64,000 bases of DNA from Nitrosopumilus sp. (GTDB lineage: Archaea; Thermoproteota; Nitrososphaeria; Nitrososphaerales; Nitrosopumilaceae), in assembly GCA_965207075.1 (NCBI GenBank), contig CBDBLO010000002.1, positions 1,216,001-1,280,000 on the forward strand. The letters run 5' to 3'. This document shows positions 7,774 through 17,004 of this stretch, in pieces. Both the position numbers and the translations under genes were made by a program. The notes below the pieces were generated by a model. That model had not been told where the DNA came from. It was given only the letters and a program-made list of their open reading frames with translations, and made no database searches. Numbering within the stretch: position 1 is the first letter of the stretch; each line of letters begins with the position of its first letter.

Positions 7774-8226
7774 CTACCCGCGGTTCTCCCGTCCGTCCCC
7801 GCATCCCGCGACGTGAACACCGGCGGCCGCAGTAGGCGGTACCGGTTCCCCCAACGCCCGCGTCAGGGACTGGCGGCACAGCGCGAGTATGCGCAGGTCG
7901 TCGTCCTGCAGCCCCTCGTACCTTTCAAACGAGGACATGTCGTTTCTCGTCGCGCGTATTATCCTGGCCGCCGCATGCACGGTGTCGTCCTCCTCCGGCA
8001 TTTCCAGCATGCCGGCCGCCCGCCTGAGTGACTTGGTGTCGGCGTGCAGGTGGTCCAGCGCCGCGGCGTTCTCCAGTTTGAGCTGCGTGCGGTTGAGCAT
8101 GTGCTCCATGCGCTCGACGGCCCTGCGCACGGACTTGGCGGCGTCGAACCTGCCGGGCGGCGACAGCATGAGCCACCACGGGAGCCGCCTCGGCCTTCTT
8201 GGCAGGGGGACGTACACTTGCATCAT
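7774..8226 (-). CDS. Helical hypothetical protein
   Basis: ATGA coupling; amphipathic helical composition. Confidence 0.55.
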   Translation of the reverse strand: MMQVYVPLPRRPRRLPWWLMLSPPGRFDAAKSVRRAVERMEHMLNRTQLKLENAAALDHLHADTKSLRRAAGMLEMPEEDDTVHAAARIIRATRNDMSSFERYEGLQDDDLRILALCRQSLTRALGEPVPPTAAAGVHVAGCGDGRENRG

Positions 8227-8453
8227 CTCCTGTGGCCCGGGCCCGGGTCCGCAATCCCCGCCCCGACGCGGGCCAGTTTTTCCCTCGTGTACGCGTCGGC
8301 GACATGCTCCTCCATGGTGGCAAAGGAGTTGCCGGCGTACTGGCAGGCGCCGCATTTGTAGATGTGGGTGGATTCCAACCCGCATACGGTGATCAGTCCG
8401 TACAGGTCTTGCCCAGTCGACACGGGCGTGTAATGCGGGGACGGCCGGTCCAT
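8223..8453 (-). CDS. C2H2-like Zn-finger microprotein
   Basis: YKCGACQY...MEEHV. Confidence 0.6.
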   Translation of the reverse strand: MDRPSPHYTPVSTGQDLYGLITVCGLESTHIYKCGACQYAGNSFATMEEHVADAYTREKLARVGAGIADPGPGHRR

Positions 8454-8998
8454 CACGCGCCACCCTCCCCGGGCCCGCAGTTCTCCAAGTCCCACTCGCG
8501 GCCCTCGAACACCTCGTCGAGGGCGCGTATGTCGTCCTTCAGGCGTATGATGTGTGGGGGCATGTCGTCCACGCCGCATCTGGCGACCTGGGCGTGGCCC
8601 GTGCCCGCGCAGTTCTTGCGGGCGGATTCGGCAAAGTGCTCCACGTCGTCGAGCTTTTTGCGCATGCCGCTTACGGATGCAGTGATGCTGTCGCAGCGCT
8701 TCCCGACAATCTCATCCGGGTCCTCGACGGCCCTTGAACCGGGTCCGGCCGGGCCGTCAACCAGGACGGGCACCATGAACCGCACGCGGCTGAAGCCAGC
8801 GTTCAGGTCGCACTTGTCGCAGTCGCTGTCCCCCGGCGGGTCAGTGCACGTATCTGTGCTCTGCATCACCAGCATGTAGCCGCACCCGTTGCACCGGTAT
8901 GCGATGATCGTTTCCCGGCTGAAGCGCTCGCAGTACCAGCAGATGCCGCCCTCTTGTATAGACGCGGTGGGCAGCCCGCACCGCCTGCAGTCGGGCAT
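8453..8998 (-). CDS. Multi-CxxC protein with helical C-terminus
   Basis: CRRC..CWYC..CNGC..CDKC. Confidence 0.6.
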   Translation of the reverse strand: MPDCRRCGLPTASIQEGGICWYCERFSRETIIAYRCNGCGYMLVMQSTDTCTDPPGDSDCDKCDLNAGFSRVRFMVPVLVDGPAGPGSRAVEDPDEIVGKRCDSITASVSGMRKKLDDVEHFAESARKNCAGTGHAQVARCGVDDMPPHIIRLKDDIRALDEVFEGREWDLENCGPGEGGA

Positions 8999-9630
8999 CA
9001 CTTCCGCCTCCCGGTATCGGCTAGGGCACGCGCGAGGTCCGACAGCGAGTCCGGAAGGCATCCGCCGGGCGGCGTCCGCGGGCCGGGGGCCGGGGAGGAG
9101 GTAGGAGGGTCGTCCGGCGCGTTTGCGCGCCACATAGCATCCAGTACGTGACCGATGGCCGGAAAGCCGTCGGCCTTCTGGATGACCAGGACTTTGGCAT
9201 GGTGCGGGCTGCCGAGGGCGTGCTCCACCACCTCTTCCTCCTCGTACTGCTGGATGTAGTGGCTGCCGTCGGGGGGCGGGTCGTGGCCCAATATGCGGGC
9301 GTTCGCGCACTCCATGCAGTAGTGGTATTCGGTTTCCGTGTCGAGCATTATGAGGGTCTCCCTGCCGCCCACCGCCTCCCAGGCGCCCCCCTGCGACGCC
9401 AGGGCGGCCGCCGACCCGCCTGACACGGCGACGCCGCTGAACACCATGCTGAGCGCAGGGATGCGGTTCCGGCGGTGGAACACGACCGCGTCGGCGTTGT
9501 GCGGCTTTCCCAGCGCGTGGCTCGTCGCGTCGTAGACGCTGAGCGGCTCGCCGTCCGCGCATGCGGTGCAGAAAATATCGCACGTGCTGTCGTCGTACAG
9601 CATGAGCACGGTCTTGTATGGGGGGGCCAT
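8998..9630 (-). CDS. Protein with duplicated CxxC...HALGxPH domain
   Basis: FCTACA..SHALGKPH and YCMECA..EHALGSPH. Confidence 0.7.
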   Translation of the reverse strand: MAPPYKTVLMLYDDSTCDIFCTACADGEPLSVYDATSHALGKPHNADAVVFHRRNRIPALSMVFSGVAVSGGSAAALASQGGAWEAVGGRETLIMLDTETEYHYCMECANARILGHDPPPDGSHYIQQYEEEEVVEHALGSPHHAKVLVIQKADGFPAIGHVLDAMWRANAPDDPPTSSPAPGPRTPPGGCLPDSLSDLARALADTGRRK

Positions 9631-9980
9631 CAGTCGGTTCCACCTCCGGCTCCGGCGGCGTCCTCCCGGCAGTGGCAGGATCCGCCGTGCTTGCACACGA
9701 CGCCGCACGCCGCGCAGTACGTGTTGCCGTCGGCGTCGGTCTGCCAGTCGCACTCGTCGCACGGTATGGAAATCTCAACGGGCGGCAGGCAGTCGGACAG
9801 CCGCTCCAGGCTGCTGCGTATCTTTGACACGTGTTCCATGATGGCGCCCTTTTTGCGCGCCTCGTCGTACGACCCGCCGATCATGCCGCCGGCCAGCGAG
9901 TCTATGCCGTCAAGGTGGGCGTGCGCGATGTTGAGCTCGCGGTCGGTGCTTGTGGTGGTGGTGGTGCCGACGGCGCTCAA
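9630..9980 (-). CDS. Helical + Cys-rich protein
   Basis: TTGA start overlap; CDEC..CAAC..CHC. Confidence 0.55.
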   Translation of the reverse strand: MSAVGTTTTTSTDRELNIAHAHLDGIDSLAGGMIGGSYDEARKKGAIMEHVSKIRSSLERLSDCLPPVEISIPCDECDWQTDADGNTYCAACGVVCKHGGSCHCREDAAGAGGGTD

Positions 9981-10480
9981 AGTCTGGAAGCCTCCCTTTC
10001 CTCGTTTGTCAGGTCCCACCGCGGCCTGCCGCAGTCAGAGCAATAGTCGCCCTCGAAGCGATGGCCGCCGCGGCGTCTGCCGCACTCCGCCATGCTGCGG
10101 GATATGCGGTCGGCAGCCTCGAGGCGCCTGCGCATCTCGTCCACCGCGGCGTCCGTCTTGCCGGCGTCGCCGTCCGTGCCGGTTATCGCGCGCAGGCACT
10201 CCCGTATGGTGTCGGTCTGCTCGCCCACCAGGCGGGCCAGCGTCTTGCCGCTTGCGCGCGGGCCGTCGTCATTGTCGCCGCCGACCAGGTACTCGATGAC
10301 GCCGAGGCGGCGGTACGCCTCGGACGCCGACACGACCGTTTCGGCCATGCGCACGGACTCGGCGTTGGCGGCCGCGTCGGCGTCACTTCCGTGCGCCTCG
10401 TGCCCGCAGTGGCGGCACCTGTACGTGGGTATGTGCAGGGTCGCCGTATTGTCCGGGTGGCGCGCGTCCGTGTCGCTCAT
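9977..10480 (-). CDS. Zn-finger/helical protein
   Basis: CRHCGH...HRF..YCSDCG. Confidence 0.6.
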   Translation of the reverse strand: MSDTDARHPDNTATLHIPTYRCRHCGHEAHGSDADAAANAESVRMAETVVSASEAYRRLGVIEYLVGGDNDDGPRASGKTLARLVGEQTDTIRECLRAITGTDGDAGKTDAAVDEMRRRLEAADRISRSMAECGRRRGGHRFEGDYCSDCGRPRWDLTNEEREASRL

Positions 10481-10986
10481 GCCCCCGCCGCCACCTCCCG
10501 GATGCGCCTGGCGTCCCCCGAGCTCAATGAGCATGGCATGCACTCGTACGAGTCACCCGCGCCGGCGGACGCGCCCGGCACGGCCAGCACGTACTCGCCG
10601 AACGCGTCGAGCGGGCGGCCGCAGGAGATGCACGCCGGATACGCGGCCGGTCCGGTTGAGCGCGAGGCCCGCCACCGGCGGAGCAAATGAATTGTAATGG
10701 GTATTATCCGCGAGGCGGACACCGCGGTGGCCGCGGGGACGTATATTCTGCGGCGGCGGCGGCAGTCCGCGCAGTGGCCGTTGACTTCCTGGAACGACCC
10801 GCGGCGGAAGGCCGACTCGTCTGCCGGGTCGGGGATGCGGTACCTGAACCCGCCGCAGCGGACGCAGGCGACCGGCGCCCGCACCACCAGTACGGCGGCA
10901 TACGCGTTGCGCACCCTCTGCAGGGCGGCCGCCTCGCGGACGTCCCGCGGGCGGGGCGGCGCACGGAGGAAACCCAGCAGGCTCAT
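10477..10986 (-). CDS. Double Zn-ribbon protein
   Basis: CVRC/CADC and CISC/CMPC. Confidence 0.6.
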   Translation of the reverse strand: MSLLGFLRAPPRPRDVREAAALQRVRNAYAAVLVVRAPVACVRCGGFRYRIPDPADESAFRRGSFQEVNGHCADCRRRRRIYVPAATAVSASRIIPITIHLLRRWRASRSTGPAAYPACISCGRPLDAFGEYVLAVPGASAGAGDSYECMPCSLSSGDARRIREVAAGA

Positions 10987-11219
10987 GCGGGCGCCTCCAC
11001 GTCCCTCAGGGCCAGGTGGTGGCGGACGCCGTCCCTGTCCAAGTATATGTCGCCCTGCTGCAGGACACAGAACGTCTTACATGCCCCGCATACCAGGCCG
11101 GTATCCGTGTTGCTGATCGCATAAACGTCGAAGCCGCCGCCCTCCGCGCACCCTGGGCATATGATACGTATCCCGCTGCGCGCCTTGGCCGCCTTGTCGC
11201 CGCTGCTACTCAGAGTCAC
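10983..11219 (-). CDS. Zn-ribbon microprotein
   Basis: CPGC...CGAC. Confidence 0.6.
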   Translation of the reverse strand: MTLSSSGDKAAKARSGIRIICPGCAEGGGFDVYAISNTDTGLVCGACKTFCVLQQGDIYLDRDGVRHHLALRDVEAPA

Positions 11220-11466
11220 GCACCTCCCTTACCATGCATGCGCTGCACCTGGCATCGTCGACTTCCTCGGGCACGACGCGTAGCGGAGTCCCGCAGTTGC
11301 GGCACTTGGCATCTATTCGCTTTACTGGCACGTTCCACCCGCGGCAGCCGCACATGGCCGCATACGTGCACGTCCTGCCTGGCTTTTTCTTGTGCGACCC
11401 CGGGCCGTGCCCGCAGCCCCGGCAGGCCGGGACTGGCGCATCGGCGGCAACGGCGGCTGACATCAT
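11206..11466 (-). CDS. CxxCxHxxxxH...CxC + Zn-ribbon protein
   Basis: CRGCGHGPGSH..CGCRGW..CRNC..CSAC. Confidence 0.7.
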   Translation of the reverse strand: MMSAAVAADAPVPACRGCGHGPGSHKKKPGRTCTYAAMCGCRGWNVPVKRIDAKCRNCGTPLRVVPEEVDDARCSACMVREVRDSE

Positions 11467-12125
11467 TGTTGGCTGCCGCCTCCTTCGACGTTTTCGCCAC
11501 CGGCATCCGGACCGTCGTCACCGTCATTATCACCGCCCTCCTTCACGTCATACACGTAGTACATGACGGGACCGCGCGTGTACTTTGTGTAGGGGCGCGT
11601 CCCGCGGTGGTGGCGGACCAGGCCGCATTTCCCGCATACCGGGCGCTGCGTCTCCACGTTGGAGACCCACGCGTGCCCATACAAGCGGCCGGGGCGGCAG
11701 CCTGGCTCGCGGTCGCCCTTGACGATGCGGAATATACGTTCGATTGCCTCGTCGGCGTACACGCTGCCGCTTGACGGGAATACGTCGTCCAGCTGGAACG
11801 TGTCGTCAGTGGTGTCGTCATCGTCCGCTTGGCCGAACAGGGTCGCGCCTGCTGGGAGAAGGCTTCTAGGTATGATGAGGAACATGCACGTGTGGGCGTC
11901 GCGTTCGCCCCCGGGCACGCGCTCCATGAGCGCGTCAAGCCGGTCCTCGGCGTCGCGCACCGACATGTCGTACCCGAGGAGCGTGCAGCCGCCGTCCTCG
12001 TCGGCCATCAGGCAGGCGGTGCCGCCGGGCCTGTCCGGTACGGAGGTCGCGCAGTCCGCTTTGTCATCTTGCACGGCTTGCATGAGCCGGTTTTCATTTA
12101 ACCCCCCGGGCTTGTCAGGCGCCAT
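11463..12125 (-). CDS. Acidic hypothetical protein with HxW...CxxC motif
   Basis: GHAW...VCGKCG; coupled overlaps. Confidence 0.6.
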   Translation of the reverse strand: MAPDKPGGLNENRLMQAVQDDKADCATSVPDRPGGTACLMADEDGGCTLLGYDMSVRDAEDRLDALMERVPGGERDAHTCMFLIIPRSLLPAGATLFGQADDDDTTDDTFQLDDVFPSSGSVYADEAIERIFRIVKGDREPGCRPGRLYGHAWVSNVETQRPVCGKCGLVRHHRGTRPYTKYTRGPVMYYVYDVKEGGDNDGDDGPDAGGENVEGGGSQQ

Positions 12126-12625
12126 CAGTCCTCCGGCCTCCTGAAATTGTTCCGGCCGCCGCCCGGCTTCTTCTTTGCGTCGATGTGCCCGTTTGTACGG
12201 CGCCGGCGCTGCACCATGCGGTCGGGCTTCGCCCCGGTGGAGTTCTTTACGGCCTGCGCGTGGAGCGGCAGCGTGCCGTACGTGTGCGTCGGGTTGCCAT
12301 CATTGTCGCGCGAGTCGGGGCGCCCGTCGGTGTGGCGCGTGACGTGGCACCCGCGGCGCGTGCAGTGCTCGTCGGCCTCGTAGCTGGTGCTGGTGCACCG
12401 TTTTTTGCCGGCGGCAGATGTGGGGCTTCCGCCGTCGGGGTATGTCGTGACAGATCCGTATATCGCGGTGACTGAAAAGGCGTGCCCGAAGCGGCTGGCG
12501 CACTTTGGCGGCTTGGTCATTTTTTTCGGCGGCCTGGACTGTTCGGATCCCGGCTCGGCCTTGAAGGTGGCCCGGGAGGTGGCGGCCTGGTAACTGTGCC
12601 GGCGGCGGTCGCGGCGGCTGCTCAT
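12125..12625 (-). CDS. Basic hypothetical protein (C..GHxF...CxRxGC)
   Basis: ATGA/TGATG coupling. Confidence 0.55.
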   Translation of the reverse strand: MSSRRDRRRHSYQAATSRATFKAEPGSEQSRPPKKMTKPPKCASRFGHAFSVTAIYGSVTTYPDGGSPTSAAGKKRCTSTSYEADEHCTRRGCHVTRHTDGRPDSRDNDGNPTHTYGTLPLHAQAVKNSTGAKPDRMVQRRRRTNGHIDAKKKPGGGRNNFRRPED

Positions 12626-13005
12626 GGCGGCGCGCCCCCCGTGTCGCCGACCAGTACCGACTTCTTGTCCTCGTGCTTGAGGACGAACTCGGTGCGTATG
12701 CCGGCGAACTGTATGACGAACCTGACCCTTGGCTGGGACAGCAGCCATGTGAGTTCCTCGGTCCTGTTCCTTCCGAGCCGCATGGTCATGGCGCTGTCAT
12801 GCGGACCGTCCACGCGCACGCAGGCGCGCCTGTCGCCACTCTGTTTCGCGGCCGCCGGCACCCGCCCTCCTGCGCGGCACGGGTTGCAGACCCGCCTGCC
12901 GTCCGGCGCGGTGGATACTGAGTTGGTCTTTTTCCGGCACGCGTCGCACGTGATGGTCTTGGCGCCGCCGAGCGTGCACTCGCCGGCCGGTCGCAGCGGC
13001 ATCAT
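12622..13005 (-). CDS. Zn-finger protein
   Basis: CDAC..DGRRVCNPC. Confidence 0.6.
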   Translation of the reverse strand: MMPLRPAGECTLGGAKTITCDACRKKTNSVSTAPDGRRVCNPCRAGGRVPAAAKQSGDRRACVRVDGPHDSAMTMRLGRNRTEELTWLLSQPRVRFVIQFAGIRTEFVLKHEDKKSVLVGDTGGAPP

Positions 13006-13256
13006 GGGGCGTCCCCCTCCTTCGGTTGGAACCCCGGGCAGTCGCACCCCATTGTCATGCAGTGGTGGCGGCCGCCCGCCAGCTCAAAGTGATAGCCTTC
13101 CTGGTGCCCGCACCCTTCGTTGGCGCACGTGTTCCCCTGGCACTGCTCGTGCCGTTCGCATGATATTTTGTCCGGCGCCTCCAGCACGTGGCAGTCGCAC
13201 GTGGGACACTTGGAGCCGGGGGCGTCCAGCCACATGCCGTTTATCCACGCGCCCAT
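13002..13256 (-). CDS. Cys/His-rich microprotein with CGHxxxxH...CxCxxF
   Basis: CGHQEGYH...GCDCPGF. Confidence 0.65.
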   Translation of the reverse strand: MGAWINGMWLDAPGSKCPTCDCHVLEAPDKISCERHEQCQGNTCANEGCGHQEGYHFELAGGRHHCMTMGCDCPGFQPKEGDAP

Positions 13257-13423
13257 CAGGTCACCCTCCTTCGATCGTTGCGGGCGCACCTCTTGCAGGT
13301 GTCAGTGTAGCCGACCTGCTTGTCCAGACACTGCGAGCAGAAGGGGCCGCTGCAGATGGAGCAGTACGTGTCGCCGTCCCTGGCCCCGTTTTCTGCGTCG
13401 TGGTTTTCACAGTAGGGCATCAT
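13256..13423 (-). CDS. B-box-like Zn microprotein
   Basis: CENH...CSICSGPFCSQC...CKRC. Confidence 0.65.
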   Translation of the reverse strand: MMPYCENHDAENGARDGDTYCSICSGPFCSQCLDKQVGYTDTCKRCARNDRRRVT

Positions 13424-13578
13424 GCACCGGCCTCCACGTAGTCGTGCAGCCCGTCGTGGCCGCACTCGGGGTCGGAGCATGTCAGGTTGCCGCCGTCCTG
13501 CCCGGTCTTCTCGTCGGGCTCCGGGAAGTGGAGGTCGTCGCCGTTGCACTCGCCGCAACGGACCACGTATCTGCCCAT
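13420..13578 (-). CDS. Zn-ribbon microprotein
   Basis: CGEC...CSDPECGH. Confidence 0.6.
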   Translation of the reverse strand: MGRYVVRCGECNGDDLHFPEPDEKTGQDGGNLTCSDPECGHDGLHDYVEAGA

Positions 13579-13709
13579 CAGCAGTCCCCTCCCCCGTCGC
13601 AGTAGCACTCACGGCCGGTCGTATGGCAGCAGCAGTCGCACGCCCCGCCGTATGTGGTTCCGTTGCACAGGGTGTGCATCTTCTGCATGCAGTCGCTGGA
13701 CTTTGCCAT
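13578..13709 (-). CDS. Metallothionein-like Cys-rich peptide (43 aa)
   Basis: MAKSSDCMQKMHTLCNGTTYGGACDCCCHTTGRECYCDGGGDC. Confidence 0.6.
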   Translation of the reverse strand: MAKSSDCMQKMHTLCNGTTYGGACDCCCHTTGRECYCDGGGDC

Positions 13710-13957
13710 TATTGCGCCCACGGCTCCTTTGGCAGCAGGTCGGCCACCGTCGATTCCCCGTACGGTATGTCTGGGTTGATGCCCTGGCACTCCTTGAGTG
13801 TGTATTCTGTGTTGGGCGGGCAGGGGCACGGCGGGTTCGGGAAGGGGAAGGAGTCGCCGATGCCGGTGGTCCCACGCGGAAACCAGTATCGTCCGCTGTA
13901 GTCCGAGTATTCGTAGCCGCAGTTGTCGCAGGTGGCGCGGACAAGGAAGCGGGGCAT
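13709..13957 (-). CDS. Zn-ribbon-like protein
   Basis: CDNCGY...CPC. Confidence 0.6.
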   Translation of the reverse strand: MPRFLVRATCDNCGYEYSDYSGRYWFPRGTTGIGDSFPFPNPPCPCPPNTEYTLKECQGINPDIPYGESTVADLLPKEPWAQ

Positions 13958-14211
13958 CAGGAACCGACCCCCCACGACGGCCCACAGGCGACCGTGCACT
14001 GCTCGACGGCGGACGGCATGACCGCGTACGACATGGCCACGGCGAGGTCCACCGTTCCCAAGGCGGCAAATATGCAGCCGGACACGTAGTGCCTGGGGCG
14101 CAGTCGGATCAGGTAGATGTACGCGAGCGCATACATCATGGCGGACAACACGAGCAGCACGAACATGAGCGCGAGCGGCACGGCCGCTTCCGGCGTGGCC
14201 GGCCAGAGCAT
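13957..14211 (-). CDS. Two-TM membrane protein, paralog of 18437-18730
   Basis: AMMYALAY...GTVD...QCxVACGP shared. Confidence 0.7.
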   Translation of the reverse strand: MLWPATPEAAVPLALMFVLLVLSAMMYALAYIYLIRLRPRHYVSGCIFAALGTVDLAVAMSYAVMPSAVEQCTVACGPSWGVGS

Positions 14212-15002
14212 CAGGCGAACACCTCCACGGCGTCGGCGCATATGTCGCGCGCCCTGACTGACGGGACCGTGCACTTGATGTTGTCCGGTTCCGTTATCTT
14301 CGCATAGACCATGATGTCCCTGACGGTGCGGATCTGGCTTGACGTGGCCCCTGCGGGCGCGCCGGATATTGTGATCTTTGAGTTGTATTTCTGCGCGCAG
14401 ACGACGCCGGTCTGCGCGATGTACTCCTTCACATCCACGCTGCGCCTTATGTCGAGCCCGCTCATTCTCATGGCCTCGTCGGCCATGCCGGTGTGGGCGC
14501 CAAAAACTGACGCCACAGTATAGCCGTCTTTCAGTATGAACGCCGAAAAGTCCGTGTGCGGGCCGATGTGCGTGATGTCGGTATGCAGGTCGATGCGGTC
14601 CTCCAATCTGCGGAGGTTATCCGGGTTGTAGGGGTTTGACTTTAGTGGCTTGGGCACATCCTTTGGATCTGGGTCATGCAGGTGGTTGCTCATGTGCTTC
14701 CAGACCTCGGACTCGGTGCGCGCAATCGAGCCGCGCTTGAGGCACCACGGGCATGAATACGCATACGCCTTCTTCTTCTTGCCGGCATCCTGCTTGGCCG
14801 ACTCCTCGGCCAGCATCACGCGGTAGCGGTACATCTTGTCCTTGGCCTTGTACCATTTCCTGTCATACTCTTCGTACACGCGCTCCCTGTCATCACGCGG
14901 TATCCGGCTGTCACTGGCGTGCACGCTCCCGCGCTTTGCCTCCAACTGGTCCATCTCGCGGCGAGCGGACTCGATCTTCTCGGTGATCGTTGCGGCCTTC
15001 AT
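14211..15002 (-). CDS. Coiled-coil + C2H2 Zn-finger protein
   Basis: YSCPWC...VWKHMSNH. Confidence 0.7.
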   Translation of the reverse strand: MKAATITEKIESARREMDQLEAKRGSVHASDSRIPRDDRERVYEEYDRKWYKAKDKMYRYRVMLAEESAKQDAGKKKKAYAYSCPWCLKRGSIARTESEVWKHMSNHLHDPDPKDVPKPLKSNPYNPDNLRRLEDRIDLHTDITHIGPHTDFSAFILKDGYTVASVFGAHTGMADEAMRMSGLDIRRSVDVKEYIAQTGVVCAQKYNSKITISGAPAGATSSQIRTVRDIMVYAKITEPDNIKCTVPSVRARDICADAVEVFA

Positions 15003-15163
15003 CAGTCCCCGGCCTCCGCTGACGACGTCCGCACCCTCCTGCCGGTGCTGTTGTCTATTACCGTCTTGGCCTCGTGCCCGCACATGCTGCAGGTCGCAAT
15101 GTTTGTCTGGACGTTGATCCTTGCAATGCATCCGCACTTGACGCAGGAATAGGAATGCGGCAT
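15002..15163 (-). CDS. Zn-ribbon microprotein
   Basis: CVKCG...CSMCGH. Confidence 0.65.
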   Translation of the reverse strand: MPHSYSCVKCGCIARINVQTNIATCSMCGHEAKTVIDNSTGRRVRTSSAEAGD

Positions 15164-15411
15164 TAGGGATACCCCTCCACCAGTCCGTGCGTCTTGCCGC
15201 GTATGAAGCGCTTGTCGGGCACGCCGTGCTTGGCGCACATCGGGTGGTCGCGCATCTGCACGGTGGGCGCCTGCCTGTCCCGCGTAAAGTACAGGCCGTC
15301 GGCCGCCTCGCCGCAGTGGTGGCAGGTCATTATCAGGTTGCCGCAGCGCCCGCAGTCGTCGCCGCGCATCGTGCACACCGGCTTGTCGCACTTGCAGGTA
15401 GCGCGGGGCAT
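15163..15411 (-). CDS. Multi-Zn microprotein
   Basis: CKC..CGRC..CHHC..CAKH. Confidence 0.65.
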   Translation of the reverse strand: MPRATCKCDKPVCTMRGDDCGRCGNLIMTCHHCGEAADGLYFTRDRQAPTVQMRDHPMCAKHGVPDKRFIRGKTHGLVEGYP

Positions 15412-15590
15412 CAGTCCTCAGGCCCCCTGGTGTCCTTGAGCAGGCCGTCAAGCTCCCGCTGGACGCGCGCCGGGTCTTTCAGCATGCAGTCCATGCAGTA
15501 CGAGATGCACCTGTCGTTGCTGGAAGCGGTCATGCCCCAGTCGTCACTAATGGCGCTGTGGCAGGAGTCGCACGTGCCGATTATGCCCAT
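15411..15590 (-). CDS. Zn-finger microprotein (59 aa)
   Basis: CDSC...YCMDC; TGATG both sides. Confidence 0.65.
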   Translation of the reverse strand: MGIIGTCDSCHSAISDDWGMTASSNDRCISYCMDCMLKDPARVQRELDGLLKDTRGPED

Positions 15591-15787
15591 CAGTCATCGG
15601 CCTCCGGTTCAGATGGGGCGACCCATCGGGTTTCGTATGGGTTTACAAGCAGGTTTGGTTCGTCCGAACTAACACATGTTCTGTGCACCTGTTCAAACAA
15701 CTCAACGAGTCCATCATCGTTGTGGTGCAGACGAACCTCCAAGTCGTCCTGCCTGATTGGCTCCCTACACACATTGCAATCTGCCAT
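15590..15787 (-). CDS. LIM-half-like Zn microprotein
   Basis: CNVCREPI...VHRTC. Confidence 0.65.
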   Translation of the reverse strand: MADCNVCREPIRQDDLEVRLHHNDDGLVELFEQVHRTCVSSDEPNLLVNPYETRWVAPSEPEADD

Positions 15788-15960
15788 CAGTCCTTCACCC
15801 CCTCCCTGTTGCACGCGCCCTCGTGGCACGTCTCGGCGTGGCACGCGCCGGGGTCGCAGAACTCCCTGACGTACAGGCCGCACTGCCCGCACTTTGCATG
15901 GCCGCATCCGTCGTCTGACACGTGGTCGGGCGAGGCGCAGCAGCACCATTTTTGGGACAT
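15787..15960 (-). CDS. Metallothionein-like Cys-rich peptide (57 aa)
   Basis: WCCCASPDH..CGHAKCGQC..FCDPGACHAETCHEGAC. Confidence 0.65.
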   Translation of the reverse strand: MSQKWCCCASPDHVSDDGCGHAKCGQCGLYVREFCDPGACHAETCHEGACNREGVKD

Positions 15961-16334
15961 CAGAGCCCGGCCTCCCTGCGGTACATGTTCAGCATGTTCT
16001 GCTCGAACCGGGCGCGGTGCTCCATGACAAAGTGGTTGGCGAACTCGCGGGCGACTGACAGCGCGAACTCCCTGCCGCCGTGCTCGTACGCGGCGGGTAT
16101 CCAGATTGAATGGCTGACGCATTCCCGGCAGAGCGTGCCGTCGCGCGTGTACGCGTCGGTAAAGCCCCAGGGCTCGGCCACCGCGCAGGCGGCGGGCGAC
16201 TCGATCAATGCATGCTCGTGTTCCTCGCTGAGGCGCCCGGTTCCGGCGAGCCTGCCGCTCCACGCGGGGCACACCAGTTCCAGCACGGTGGCCTTTTCGG
16301 CGGCTGGCGCCAGGACGGTCGCGGTACTGGACAT
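15960..16334 (-). CDS. Hypothetical Zn-binding protein
   Basis: CREC...HFVMEH. Confidence 0.6.
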   Translation of the reverse strand: MSSTATVLAPAAEKATVLELVCPAWSGRLAGTGRLSEEHEHALIESPAACAVAEPWGFTDAYTRDGTLCRECVSHSIWIPAAYEHGGREFALSVAREFANHFVMEHRARFEQNMLNMYRREAGL

Positions 16335-16588
16335 CAGGCCAAAACCTCCGGTTTCCTTTTAGCCTCCCGGCGGAGCGCCCTGAGTTCCTCCAGGGCCTTC
16401 CGGCAGCACTCCCTCTGGGCGGGCGTGTGCAGGTGGCGCTTTTCACGGCGGCACGGCGCGCAGACGGCGATCACGCTGCAGAACCCCTCGGGGCACCGGA
16501 AGTAGCGCAGCCTCTCCACGCCGTCGCCGGGTCGGCGGCCGCACATGTCGCAGCACCGCCGGCCGTCAAGCGTGTATATGCCGCCCAT
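16334..16588 (-). CDS. Zn protein, paralog of 17004-17441
   Basis: MGxxYxxDG..CCDxCG...RCPxxxC...AVCxxC shared. Confidence 0.7.
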   Translation of the reverse strand: MGGIYTLDGRRCCDMCGRRPGDGVERLRYFRCPEGFCSVIAVCAPCRREKRHLHTPAQRECCRKALEELRALRREAKRKPEVLA

Positions 16589-17004
16589 CAGGCCGGCACC
16601 CCCGGGGCCGCTGCCGCCAGCGGCTTTTCCTGCTGGCCGCCTTCGCGCGGGGCCTCTATGATATATTCGGAGTACCCAGGGCACTTGCACGGCTCGCAGT
16701 ACTTGTGCTTGTCCTCGCCGCGCCTTTGCCAGCTCAGCGGAAGGCAGTCATGTATGGTTGCCTTGCACGGGCCTTCACCGCCGTCGTGCTCGTCCTCGTC
16801 GTGGAAGCACCGGATGCAGTAATGGTCGGTCTGCGGCGCGTTGCCGAGCCCGCGTGCTTCCTGCAGTATCTCTGGATGCCCGGTCTCAACCACCCACGGC
16901 TGCCGCCTGTGGCACTCCTTGCAGGCCACGCATCCCTCGTCGCCGCACTCAAAGCTGGTGGAGTCGCAGGCGGGGTTCACGCATCCCATCCCAAACTCGC
17001 CCAT
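16588..17004 (-). CDS. Multi-Zn protein with CxxCxHxxxxH...CxC finger
   Basis: CIRCFHDEDEH...PCKCPGY. Confidence 0.7.
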   Translation of the reverse strand: MGEFGMGCVNPACDSTSFECGDEGCVACKECHRRQPWVVETGHPEILQEARGLGNAPQTDHYCIRCFHDEDEHDGGEGPCKATIHDCLPLSWQRRGEDKHKYCEPCKCPGYSEYIIEAPREGGQQEKPLAAAAPGVPA

